A DNA stretch of 64,000 bases from Candidatus Xenobia bacterium (GTDB lineage: Bacteria; Vulcanimicrobiota; Xenobia; Xenobiales; QWHO01), in assembly GCA_045863235.1 (NCBI GenBank), contig BTUM01000013.1, positions 32,001-96,000 on the forward strand, given 5' to 3'. A program made the position numbers and the translations under genes. How positions within the stretch are numbered: the first letter of the stretch is position 1; the number at the start of each line of letters is the position of its first letter. The notes beneath the pieces are model-generated. The model was not told the origin of the DNA, made no database searches, and worked only from the letters and a program-made list of their open reading frames with translations. Below, piece after piece: positions 19,951 through 29,596 of this stretch.

Positions 19951-21514
19951 CAGGTCGACGGCCTGGGCCTGGTCGAGCTAACTCCTGAGCGCAGGCGCTT
20001 CCTGGAGCAGCGCCCCGACCTGCTGCAGCAGCCTGTCTCCGAGGTGCCGGTCCCCGAGAGCATGCGCCACCTTCCTCGGTCTTCTTCAGCTGGGAAGAAA
20101 GCCGCCGATCGGGAGGGCCTGAGCAGTCTCCAGCAAGGCTACCAGGGAAGTTCAGCCGATCACCTCGCCGGTTACGAGGGATCTGAGATGTTCTCGCGGG
20201 CCGCCCAGCGAGCTCTGACCCCCGTTTTCCAGGCGCTCCTGACCCCTGACCAGGGTCGATCTGACATCCCGAACCCTTTCGACGCTCAGGATCTTCGCGA
20301 GTTGGTCGCGCCCGAAGGGCAGGGGAAATATCAGACCTATCGCGAGTTTGCTGGCCTGGAGCAGGGTGCACCCTATGCCAGCGGGGGCACACTGCCGCCA
20401 CCCGCCACCGCACACGAGCGCCTGCAACGAGAAGCGCTGGTGACCCTGGCGGAGATGCTCACTCCTGACGTAGATGCGATCACAGAGGTGGCCACCGCGG
20501 GAGCGCCCTCGCTACTGAAGAGACTGGGCCGCACTGCCTCGAGGATGTCCCGCGGCCGAGCTCTCAGCCGCCTGCAGCCCAGCGTTCCCCGGGGACAGGT
20601 TCAGGAGATGGTCGACGCTGCGGCGACAGGGGCGCCCGTCCAGGTCGCAAGCCCCCAGGTTCAGGCTCGACTCGAGCGACAAGCCGACCTGGCCGCCGAC
20701 ACCGAGACACCGGCCCGGCCGCTGGCGCAGTTGGCCGAGACTGAACGGCAGCTTGCTCAACCGCGACCGAGGCCGGCGGGCCCTAAGAGTGCCTACGAGC
20801 TCCGCAGGGAGCTGAGACGCTCCCGAACTGCCGACGATCCCAATGTTGCTTTCGATGAGTTCACAGAGAGCCTCCAAACGAGGGCACCGGATGACCCGAA
20901 TGATGCCTTCGACCGCTATGCCGAGGGGTTGAGCAGGGCCGCGAGTGGTTCCGCCCGGTCGGAGGAAAGTCCCTTCTTCCCCTCGCCCGAGTTTGAAGGA
21001 ATGGGCCCCCAGGGCTCGAGCGCGCTCGAGTTGTCTCACGCCACCCGGCCCGACGGCGAGATGGTTCGCCCGGAACTCTCGCTCGAAGACCTCGAGCTGC
21101 GCCTGAATCGGCCCAGAGCAGAACCAGAAGCGCCGGCCCTTCCGGCCCCCCGCCCGCCCCGGCGGCGCCAGGCTCGCAAGCCCCTTATCCAGGAGATCCT
21201 CGAGGAAGTGGACCAGGTCGACACGTCACGTGTCTCTCCCGCCGAGGAAGCTCGAGCCCGGGTTGAGGTGGTCTCCGACCTGTCCGATACCGAGGCCGCG
21301 ACAACAGCACCCACCGTCAGCCCCGAGCAGACGCGCGCCTGGGCCCGGACCCTTTCTCGTTGGGACCAGCTCCAGCAGCCCCATCTGGTGGCCGCCCGTC
21401 AGAGTGGCCAGGATGTCAACGCCGTCCGCGAGTGGTTCCGCTCAGTCGAGCCGCCGGAAGTCTCCGAGGCCCGCACCCGGCTTGAGCAGCACCTCGCGGC
21501 CCAGAACGCCCCCA

Positions 21515-21681
21515 CTCCGACCCGGGTCGACCAGGTGGACCCACCGATACCTCGGGCAGCCCCGACCGGGCCCAATGTCGATCAGGTGGTCCCGCCCCTA
21601 CCGGCCGCTCGAGCTGCTGACCCGGTCGCTCCGACCCGGGTCGACCAGGTGGACCCACCGATGCCTCGAGCAGCCCCGACC
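21515..21681 (+). repeat. 53-nt direct repeat (PTRVDQVDPPxPRAAPT x2) with a diverged intervening copy
   Basis: 21515-21567 vs 21629-21681, two mismatches. Confidence 0.9.
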
Positions 21682-24600
21682 CGGCCAACCCTCGACCAGG
21701 CTGCCCGGACGGCGCCGAGCGCGGCCGACCAGTGGCAGTCCCTTCGAGCCCCCGACTACGTTCGCCCCGAGGGCGGTGGCCGGCGTATCAAGCTCACCCA
21801 ACGGGACAAAGTCTGGTGGCCGACATGGACGCCCGAGCAGCGCCGCAACGTCCTGGGCAGCCGAGGCCGGGCTCGGGTCGGCATGGACTTTGAGCCTGAC
21901 GCGGCCGGCGTGAGGCTCGCACCCGACGAGCCGCCAACCGGGGGGACGACGCCCCGAGGCTCTCGTGCTGCAGCGGCCCAGCAGAGACTGGATGAGGCTG
22001 GCGAGTATCTGGCCCAGAAGAGGGCGGCTGCCGCCGAGGCGGCCAGCAGCGGACGCTTCCGGGAGCAAGCGGCTCGCGAGCTGGCTCAGGCCGAAGAAGA
22101 CCTGGAAGTCGCCAAGAACCAGTTCAACAGTTCAATCGCCTCGTATAGCAGGACGAGGCGCGCCCGCCCAGGACGGCCTCCGATCTGCGACGCGAGATGG
22201 CTCAGAGTCGGGGGAGCGAGGTCGATATTCTCGCCTCGACAAACCGAGACACGCTGAACCTCGAGCAGGCCAGACAGCGCCTGGGTGGGCCTGAGCAGAA
22301 GGAGATGCTCAGGCAGTACCGGGCTATCGATGAGAGCGAAGGGATCGGTCGGGTTGAGTACCTATCGCAGCTCGGTGTCTACGAGGATTCAGTGGAGAAC
22401 ATGGCCATCTCGCGGATCCATGGAAGGGTGCACGACGAGTCGTTGATGCGGGCCGCAGCGAAGCGAGGCACTATCGACCCGACGGACCCACAGAAGGAAG
22501 TCGCCTTCTGGCACAGTGGAGACCGCCGCTCCGGCCTCAGTCACCAAGACCCTCAAAGATACCGGTCGGCTCATCGCTTTGTCTTCTCAGCCCCGGACGG
22601 GATGACCCTGGAGGACTTCCACAGAATTCTGGGGAAAAGGTTCACCAGCTACACGTTCGACGATTCAAACGGCCTGCGAGCGCTTGTGGTAACCTCCTAC
22701 GACAACGCGGCCGAGATGCGGAAGGTCCTCAATGAGTTCGAAGAGTTCATCGATGCGAACGGCTTCCGACTGGAAGCGGCCGACGACGGCTACTTCCGAC
22801 GAGTCTTCCGGGACGAGTATGAAGGGATCCTCAGGGCCGACCCTGGAGGAGATGCGCCTCGCCCGCGAGGAGATTCTGGGCCACCTGCTCCCCAAGGACC
22901 GAAAAGCACCAGAGGGCCACCTGGTGGAGATGTACGGCAAAGGGACGGCTCCGGCCCCCGAGTAGGCCAGGACGCCGGCCCCTCCGGCGGACCCGCCCCG
23001 AGCTACACCGTCGACGGTCAGCGGGTCGAGCTGGCTGGCATCCAGACCCACCCCCTCCACCCGAGTTCGCTCGTCCGCCTGGCCAAGGAGCTGAGCGGGA
23101 AGGTCGAAGTCTCCGAGGCCCTCCAGGAGCTGGGCCGGCGCATGGGCGGCCGGGTGCGCGGCCGAGTGAAGGGCCGCAACATTGAGCTTGAGCCCGGGGT
23201 CTGGCGGGACCCGAAGGAGGCGGCGCGGGTTCTGGGCCACGAGATCGGCCACCTGCCCGACTGGGTCCCGAACATGGACCCCGAGACCATGGGGGGGCGG
23301 GTCAGCCAACTGCGCAGTAAGATGCGCGCCCACTTTCGGTCTATGTCGCAACCGATGCGCGCCGAGCTGCTCGAGCTCTCCAAGTGGTGGCGCCCGTTCG
23401 ACGAGCAACAGGCGACGAAAGACTACATGCGTTACCGAGAGGACCCCGAGGAGCTCTTCGCCGACGCTATCAGCCTGCTGCTGAACAACCCGGCCGAGCT
23501 GCGCCAGCGCGCCCCGCTGTTCTGGGCCCAGATGGAGAAGTTCCTGTCCGACAACAAGGAGATGCAACAGCTCCTGGCGCGCGCCTTCGACGAGATGAGC
23601 GGCACCATGGACGACCTGGCCGAGGGGCTGCACCACCGGATCACCGCCGCCTGGGCCGACGGCGATGCCTTCCTGCAGGACCTGGCCCACGCGGCCGAGC
23701 TGCGCAAGATGAGCCTGTGGGAGCGGCTGCGTCAGCAATGGCAGGCAAAAAAGCACCAGGCTGAGCGCGACTTCTCCGACCGGGGCGCCTACCTCAAGCG
23801 TCGGGCCGAGGAGCTGCGCAAGCAGGGCAAGGAGATCCCTGTTGATCTCGACCCCACTGTGAGTTCAACCTGGCCGGCAACAAGCTCTGGGTGGCCAGCC
23901 GCGACTGGAAAGACAACGTCATGGACGTGCTCGAGCAGGCTGACCTGGCCGGGTTCGACCTGGGCAGCTACATGCTCAATCAGGCGGCCACAAGCGGCTC
24001 CCTGCGCGGCGTGGCGCTGCCCGAGGGACTGACGGCCGACCTGGCCGCCCTGGACCGGCTGACTCGCGGGATGTCCCCCGAGCAGGTGCAGGCGGTCGAG
24101 CGGGCCGCCCGGGGAGCCCGAGACGTCTTCTACCACGCCCTGCGAGACGGGGTGGAGGCGGGCACCATCAGCCGCGAGATGGCCGAGCAGCTCGAGGCCA
24201 CGCGTGACTTCGTGCCTCTGGCCGCTCGCGAGATGAGGGGACGCATCCCCGAGGAGATCAGGCTCCAGACCCGGGGCACCCTGGACTCTATCCGCGACCC
24301 TGCGGTGGCCCTGCTCCACGACGCGCTCGAGTTGCACAACCTGAACACCTCCAACCACGCCAAGCTGCGCGCCACCCGGTTCGCCGAGCTGGCGGGCGAC
24401 CCGGTGGTGGAGCTGGCCGAGGGTGCAAAGCCACCCCGGGGCCTCGAGCCCCTGGAGGTCTACCAGAACGGCCAGGTCAAGCGCTATGCGGTGGCCCCGG
24501 ATCTGGCCGAGGTCTTCCAGCGGGTGGAGCTCGGGCCCATCAAGCTCTGGACCGACTTCCTGACCCAGGAGGACAACCTGTTTCGCTGGCTCTGGATCGC

Positions 24601-24966
24601 GGCCAGCCCGATGTTCCACGCTAAGAGCTTCGTGCGCGACCTGTTGCGCTACGTGCGCAACATGTCGTCCCTGGGCCACCTGCGCTGGTGGGACCCGACC
24701 AACATCGTTCGGGCGCTCGGAGACTACGCCAGTGTGATCCGCCCGGCCCTGGCCTACGCCTTTGATGCCTCCGACCTGGCCCGATTCGGGTTCAGCCCTC
24801 GGCAGATCGACGAGTCGAAAGCGCTGGTGCGCCAGGCTATCGACGAGTTCGCGCTGGTCCCACCCGAGGACAGCATCGCCGCTCAGATCGCCGGCAACCT
24901 GACCAGCGGGCGCGAGCAGCTGGCCCGCTACTTCGACCCCAACGCGGCCGAGCAAACCCGTGGCAC

Positions 24967-25148
24967 CATGAGGATCATCATGAGGATCCTGGCCCGTCCC
25001 ATCATATCGGCTGGCCAGGTGCTCGAGAGCACCCGTGGCATCCTGGGCCGTCGCATCACCCAGGCTGGCCGTCGCATCACCCAGGTTGGCCAGGTGCTCG
25101 AGAGCACGTCCATCACCCAGGTTGGCCAGGTGCTCGAGAGCACGTCCA
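24967..25148 (+). repeat. Cluster of nested in-frame tandem duplications (12, 21 and 36 nt)
   Basis: CATGAGGATC x2; GGCCGTCGCATCACCCAGG x2; 36-nt unit 25075-25110 equals 25111-25146. Confidence 0.9.
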
Positions 25149-26307
25149 AGCTCGCCGCCTACCGTCGCATCGCCCGCCAGGGGCGCGTCTCGGTGGCCGA
25201 GCGAGCGGCCCATATCCGCGACTACGTAGGCATGCCGAACACCACCATCTCCGGCCGCCTGACCCCCATCAGCAATCGGCTCTTCATGTTCAGCAACGTG
25301 GCCCTGCAGGGCTGGAAGGCCGACCTGCGCCTCCTGAGCAAGCCCAGTTCGGCTCTGGGTGCCTGGACCCAGATGTTCTACCAGACCCTCTGGCCCACCG
25401 TGGCCATGAGCGCCGGGCTGGCCGGGCTGTTCGGCCGCGACGTGCAGGTCGCGCTCGAGGCCATCCCCGAGCGCGACCGGGAGGGCTCGTTCGTGATTCC
25501 CCTGGCCGTCCTGACCGGCGGTGAGCACGGCCAAGCCACCGGCTATCTGTCCATCCCGCTCGACCCCACGGCCAAGTTCTTCCGGGTGGCCACCTCGCGC
25601 GTGCTCAACCAGCTCGCCGGCGTCGACCCGCGGCCGATGGAGAGCACCATCGGAGCGCTCTTCAAGAGCGTGGTGGACGAGATCCCATCCGGCAGCCCCT
25701 CCATGGCTCTGGCCGCCAACTGGGTAAGCATCATGGCCGGCGAGAACCCGACCGACAGCTTCGGGCGGCCTGTGCTGACCTCGAGCGAGCAGGACGCTGG
25801 CTGGCAGGCCCGCACCAAAGGGACGCTGCGCTACACCGCCGGCCAGTTCGGCCCGATTGGCAAGGGCCTCTCCAGGCTGCTGGGTCCCTACAAGCCGGGT
25901 CGCAACGACGAGGGCATTCTGGCCTGGGCAGCCAGTATGCCCGGGCTGAACGACTACATCAAGATCTCCGATTACGGCTACTCCGAGCAGCAGCGCCTGC
26001 GCCGCGAGCTCGACACGCAGGCTCGGGCTCGACGCAAGGAGAGCTACGGGGCCAAGACCCGCTACCTCTACGACGAGATGAACCGGCTCAAGCGCCTGGG
26101 CGGGCAACGCACCGCCCAGCAGACCCGGGCTTACCAGTTCCTGGACGTGTTCGAAGGCCAACTGAAGGCCGTGGACGAGCAGGTCGCCCGGCTTGAGACG
26201 GTCGGCAAGCACCGCCAGGCTCAGGCATTGCGCCAGCGCTTTGAGCGCAGCCAGGCCGAGGGGATGGCTGCGGCCTACAACCGACTGACCAGGAGGAGGT
26301 GACAACG

Positions 26308-26571
26308 ATGGAGGACACGACTCAGACCACGATCGTGGGGGCAATCTGCGGCCTGCTCGGCACCCTGGCCGGCGGGTTCGGCCAGCGCTGGCTCTCCAAC
26401 AGCCACCAGCTCCGCTCGAGTGAGATCGAGTATCTGCGCACCCAGCTGGCCGAGCTGCGCGCGGACTACGACGCCCTGCGTGCCGACTACGACGCCCTGC
26501 GAGACAGCCTGGCCGCGGCCCGGCTCGAGCTGGCGCTGGCGCGCCGGGAGATCGCCAAGATGAGAGAGTAG
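26308..26571 (+). CDS. Small TM plus coiled-coil protein, putative holin/lysis accessory
   Basis: AGGAGG SD; one TM; ADYDALR x2; directly upstream of the amidase. Confidence 0.55.
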   Translation: MEDTTQTTIVGAICGLLGTLAGGFGQRWLSNSHQLRSSEIEYLRTQLAELRADYDALRADYDALRDSLAAARLELALARREIAKMRE

Positions 26572-26579
26572 GAGGCCCC

Positions 26580-27122
26580 ATGCCACTCGTGAAGCCAACC
26601 ATCGTCACTCGCGCCCAGTGGGGGGCGCGCCAGGCCGACGTGGCGCTCTATGACGCCACAAACGAGACCGACCTGGCCAAAATCTACACCCGGCTGACCG
26701 TCCACCACGAAGCCCGCCCCGCTCCCGAGCGCATGACGCTCGAGCAGGGCAAAGCTCGCATGCGGGAGATCCAGGCCCAGCACCAGGCCCAGGGGTGGTC
26801 CGACGTGGGCTATCACTACGTCATCGACCGCGCAGGTCGCATCTACTCCGCCCGCACCCTGTTCGGGCCGGGGGCCCACGTGGCTGGCCGGAACACCGGG
26901 AACCTGGGCATCTGTCTCATGGGTGCCCTGCACCAGCAGCCGCCCACCCTGGCTCAGGTAGAATCCCTGATAGACCTGATGGCCTGGTTCTGCCACCGCC
27001 TGTCTATCAGCCCGGACCAGATCCAGGGCCACCGCGACCACCTGGCTACCGAATGCCCGGGTGAGCACCTCTACCGGATGTTGCCGGAGATCCGCACGCA
27101 GGTGCGACTTTTGCTCCCCTGA
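26580..27122 (+). CDS. N-acetylmuramoyl-L-alanine amidase (Amidase_2/PGRP, T7-lysozyme-like endolysin)
   Basis: VHH, GWSDVGYHYVI, GAHVAGRN, GICLMG, GHRD...TECPG. Confidence 0.92.
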   Translation: MPLVKPTIVTRAQWGARQADVALYDATNETDLAKIYTRLTVHHEARPAPERMTLEQGKARMREIQAQHQAQGWSDVGYHYVIDRAGRIYSARTLFGPGAHVAGRNTGNLGICLMGALHQQPPTLAQVESLIDLMAWFCHRLSISPDQIQGHRDHLATECPGEHLYRMLPEIRTQVRLLLP

Positions 27123-27123
27123 G

Positions 27124-27146
27124 CCTGTGTACCAATTTGTGTACCA
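27124..27146 (+). promoter_or_regulatory. Putative integrase arm-binding sites (TGTGTACCA x2)
   Basis: Tandem copies matching the left-end motif. Confidence 0.65.
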
Positions 27147-27248
27147 CCTGGACGCACACGGGGGAGTTTCTCGCGCAAGTCGCTCGAACATTTTGCGTCG
27201 TTACAGGATCCTCGCGCCTGGAAGACCATTCGCCTGGCCTGGCACTTA

Positions 27249-27261
27249 ACAATTAGTTAAC
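27249..27261 (+). repeat. Right att core ACAATTAGTTAAC
   Basis: Identical to 16451-16463; overlaps the dyad TTAAC-AATTA-GTTAA. Confidence 0.85.
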
Positions 27262-27335
27262 AAGGCAGGCGTTTACCAACTTTTGCCGTGTCGTGAGATC
27301 CGGGTCAATAGACAACATCGAGGAGGACCAGGTCC

Positions 27336-27848
27336 ATGATGGTAGGAGCGTTTGCGGTAGCCGGGGCGGGGAGTCTGCAAGAGAATCGCTTTGGGGGGCA
27401 GTGCTGCGGTCAGCAGAACCCGCTCAAGCAGATGCTTCGGACCTTGATGCAGGTGCTGCGGGGCCTGACCGGTCAGCCGGGTTGCGGTCCGCAGGGCCCC
27501 CACGGTCACCACTGCTTCAACCAGCAGAACCCGAACTTTGGACACGGTGTCTTCGCCCAGGCGGGCGTCGGCAATGGCGGAGCATTCGCGGCCGCCGGCG
27601 CGGGCGGCCACGGGATCAGCGGCGGCCTGGCGGCCCGCGATCCTTTCGGGGGCGGAATCGCCGCCTCTCACGCAGCAGGCGAAGGGGGGCTGGCACACAG
27701 CCTGGCCATCAAGGACCCGTTTGGCGGTGGCATCTCGCTGGCCGGGGCGGCAGGCAAAGGCGGCCTTTCCCATTCGCTGAGCATCAAGCTGCCCTTCGGT
27801 GGGCCTTCCCTGAGCCTGGGGGGGGCCATCGGCGGACTGCTCGGCTAA
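27336..27848 (+). CDS. Gly/Ala-rich hypothetical protein with 25-aa repeats
   Basis: GGAGG SD; DPFGGGI...GGL.HSL.IK repeats; followed by a terminator. Confidence 0.7.
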   Translation: MMVGAFAVAGAGSLQENRFGGQCCGQQNPLKQMLRTLMQVLRGLTGQPGCGPQGPHGHHCFNQQNPNFGHGVFAQAGVGNGGAFAAAGAGGHGISGGLAARDPFGGGIAASHAAGEGGLAHSLAIKDPFGGGISLAGAAGKGGLSHSLSIKLPFGGPSLSLGGAIGGLLG

Positions 27849-27873
27849 GTCATCGGGCGCTTTCTTGGAGAGG

Positions 27874-27901
27874 AAGAGACGGGTCTGACCCGTCTCTTTT
27901 T
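27874..27901 (+). terminator. Intrinsic terminator
   Basis: AAGAGACGGGT-CTG-ACCCGTCTCTT followed by T run. Confidence 0.8.
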
Positions 27902-28517
27902 ACAGACGCACCTGCATGCCGAAGCGCTCGATCAAGCTTTCCAGAAAGGAGAGGAGGTCGGGTAGCTCCACCGGACGCAGCAGGCCCTCCGGGAGCCTGG
28001 TCGGTCGGGACCGGGCCAACTGCACTGCCAGCGCTGACGGGGTCAGACCCAGGTCTTTGGAAGCCGCTCCCTTTGCGGCTGCCAGGAGATCGACCCGATA
28101 TCGCTCGAGAAAGTAGAGGTCCACCAGCAGGCTGACCTGGGCGCCGCTGGCCAGGCGCAGCAATCGGTCAGCCGCCAGGTCCTCCAGGGAATCGGCCTGG
28201 ATCCCATTCTCCATGGGCTTGCTGGTTTCGAGCACGTGGGCATGGTCCACCATCAAGTCGACCTCTTCATAGCGGATGAAGCCGGGGAGAACCTGGCGGG
28301 GCTGGCTGGTGACCTCGCTCTGAAGCCGGTCGAGCGCCTCCTGGCTGGTGAGCACCACCTCCACTCGGTCCACCTGACGATGGTGAAACCAGAAGCCGGC
28401 AAGAGCAGCTTCTCCGCCCACGAATCGCTCGCTCTGGCCGGGTAGATACATCTGGATGAACGCCCAGGCCCGAGGAGGGAGCAACTCGGGGTTCCAGCCC
28501 AGCGGACGGCTCATCAA
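27900..28517 (-). CDS. AbiEii/AbiGii-like nucleotidyltransferase-fold protein, degenerate
   Basis: FVGGEAALAGFWFHHR, DSLEDLAA, VDLYFL, KDLG. Confidence 0.6.
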   Translation of the reverse strand: MMSRPLGWNPELLPPRAWAFIQMYLPGQSERFVGGEAALAGFWFHHRQVDRVEVVLTSQEALDRLQSEVTSQPRQVLPGFIRYEEVDLMVDHAHVLETSKPMENGIQADSLEDLAADRLLRLASGAQVSLLVDLYFLERYRVDLLAAAKGAASKDLGLTPSALAVQLARSRPTRLPEGLLRPVELPDLLSFLESLIERFGMQVRL

Positions 28518-28630
28518 ATGGGCGTGGGAGCCGTTGTCACGGCTCCCACCTGGGTGACTCGATATGTTGGGGCGCGGAACACTTCAGGGTTTGTTCGACA
28601 TCCCTCCTGTCCTTTTACTTTTTCATTCGG

Positions 28631-29086
28631 TCAGATGCTTTCCAGCGAGCGGAAGCGCTTGGTGAAGTCGCGGATCTTCTCGCGCTCGAAGAAGCTGCAC
28701 ATCAAGGCCAGCTCGCCCCGGCACTCGCCTTCCACGATGAGGGCCGAGGTTACCCGGGCTTCCATCTCCAGCGTGCAGTGTCCGAGCAGAATCTGCAGAT
28801 GCATCTCGTCACCCACCCCGAAGCGCGTGTCGCTTCGAAAGTTGACCCGGGCGGGGGAGAGCAGGTTGGTCATGAGACGAACCGGTTCGGCATCCCAGGG
28901 CCGCTGGCCCATCATAATCAGGATGCGGTCCACCTTGGTCATCGGGACAAAATCGTCGGCGGGAGAGCTGGCCAGGCTCGCTTTGACGGGAGTCGCGACG
29001 GAGCGCGCCGGTGTCGGGAGGCCTTTGAGCTGGTGAATCAGCTCCATAGCTTGACGGGCCTTGCGCCCGAAGAATCCTGTCATCAT
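28631..29086 (-). CDS. PilZ-like domain protein
   Basis: NLLSPARVNF..D..F.VGD...LQI.L, EARV; fold inferred only. Confidence 0.45.
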   Translation of the reverse strand: MMTGFFGRKARQAMELIHQLKGLPTPARSVATPVKASLASSPADDFVPMTKVDRILIMMGQRPWDAEPVRLMTNLLSPARVNFRSDTRFGVGDEMHLQILLGHCTLEMEARVTSALIVEGECRGELALMCSFFEREKIRDFTKRFRSLESI

Positions 29087-29166
29087 AAATCACCTCTGCG
29101 AGAAGCTGGGGGAGGTTTTGTGTCCTCAGTATAGCCTGGTGACGGCTCTCGCGTCTGTGAGCGGGA

Positions 29167-29595
29167 TCACATGTCCTCCAGCACTGAGAGTCGCAGGCTG
29201 GCCACGATCGTCTCCAGGGCCGGGCGGTGACTGTCCTGGAACTCGGCCGGGCAGTTATAGGAGAGCAGGGCCCAGGTGGCTTGATTCCCCACCACCCAGA
29301 GTTGCCAGAAGTGCTCTCCCTCGGTGTATCGATAGGAAACCCCCTGGCTTCCATCGGCCTGGATGCTGGTCAGAGCGTCGGCAGCCACAGGGCGTCCTCG
29401 CAGGGTGAGAAAGCCCGCCAGCATCCGGGAGAGATTGGGAAGCCGGGTAGGGTCCTCCACCGCCTGGGCAGAGATGACCAGGGCGCCGGGCGCGCCCGGG
29501 GGGACGGCCGCTCCCCCGTCGGGCTCGTTGTGCCAGCCCCAACCGGGCGGAAGGTCGAGGGCGAAGAGCCCGGTCGGATGGACGATCTCCAACAT
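29167..29595 (-). CDS. Hypothetical protein, PsbP/Mog1-like
   Basis: FALDLPPGW...GALVISA...LLSYN...IVASL pattern; upstream TATACT. Confidence 0.55.
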   Translation of the reverse strand: MLEIVHPTGLFALDLPPGWGWHNEPDGGAAVPPGAPGALVISAQAVEDPTRLPNLSRMLAGFLTLRGRPVAADALTSIQADGSQGVSYRYTEGEHFWQLWVVGNQATWALLSYNCPAEFQDSHRPALETIVASLRLSVLEDM

Positions 29596-29596
29596 G

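Larger units (their letters stand above)
19951..26302 (+). pseudogene. Giant (~2100 codon) polyvalent/virion-ejected-type protein, 5'-truncated, with two frameshifts
   Basis: Three overlapping ORFs (20044-22257, 22197-24032, 23891-26302) joined by -1 shifts near 22148 and 23858; HEIGH zincin motif followed by EELFAD; C-terminus resembles LPD38 (YLSIPLDP, ENPTDSFGRPV). Confidence 0.65.
16451..27261. mobile_element. Integrated tyrosine-integrase element, probably a deleted/defective prophage (~10.8 kb)
   Basis: 13-bp direct repeat at both ends, arm-type repeats, integrase, repressor, giant protein, holin-like gene and amidase. Confidence 0.85.

Noticed and set aside
21515..21681. Near-identical repeat pair as a possible DGR template/variable repeat
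   Set aside because: Only two mismatches in opposite directions, both copies in one ORF, no reverse transcriptase in the window
22140..23865. Programmed -1 frameshifting in the giant gene
   Set aside because: No slippery heptamer recognised at either shift; decay or sequence error is simpler
23789..26608. 939-aa minus-strand ORF
   Set aside because: Antisense shadow of the giant plus-strand gene; typical high-GC artefact with no motifs
28570..28630. AGGAGG followed by a 5-codon ORF (MSNKP) on the minus strand
   Set aside because: SD spacing too short and no other support for a leader peptide
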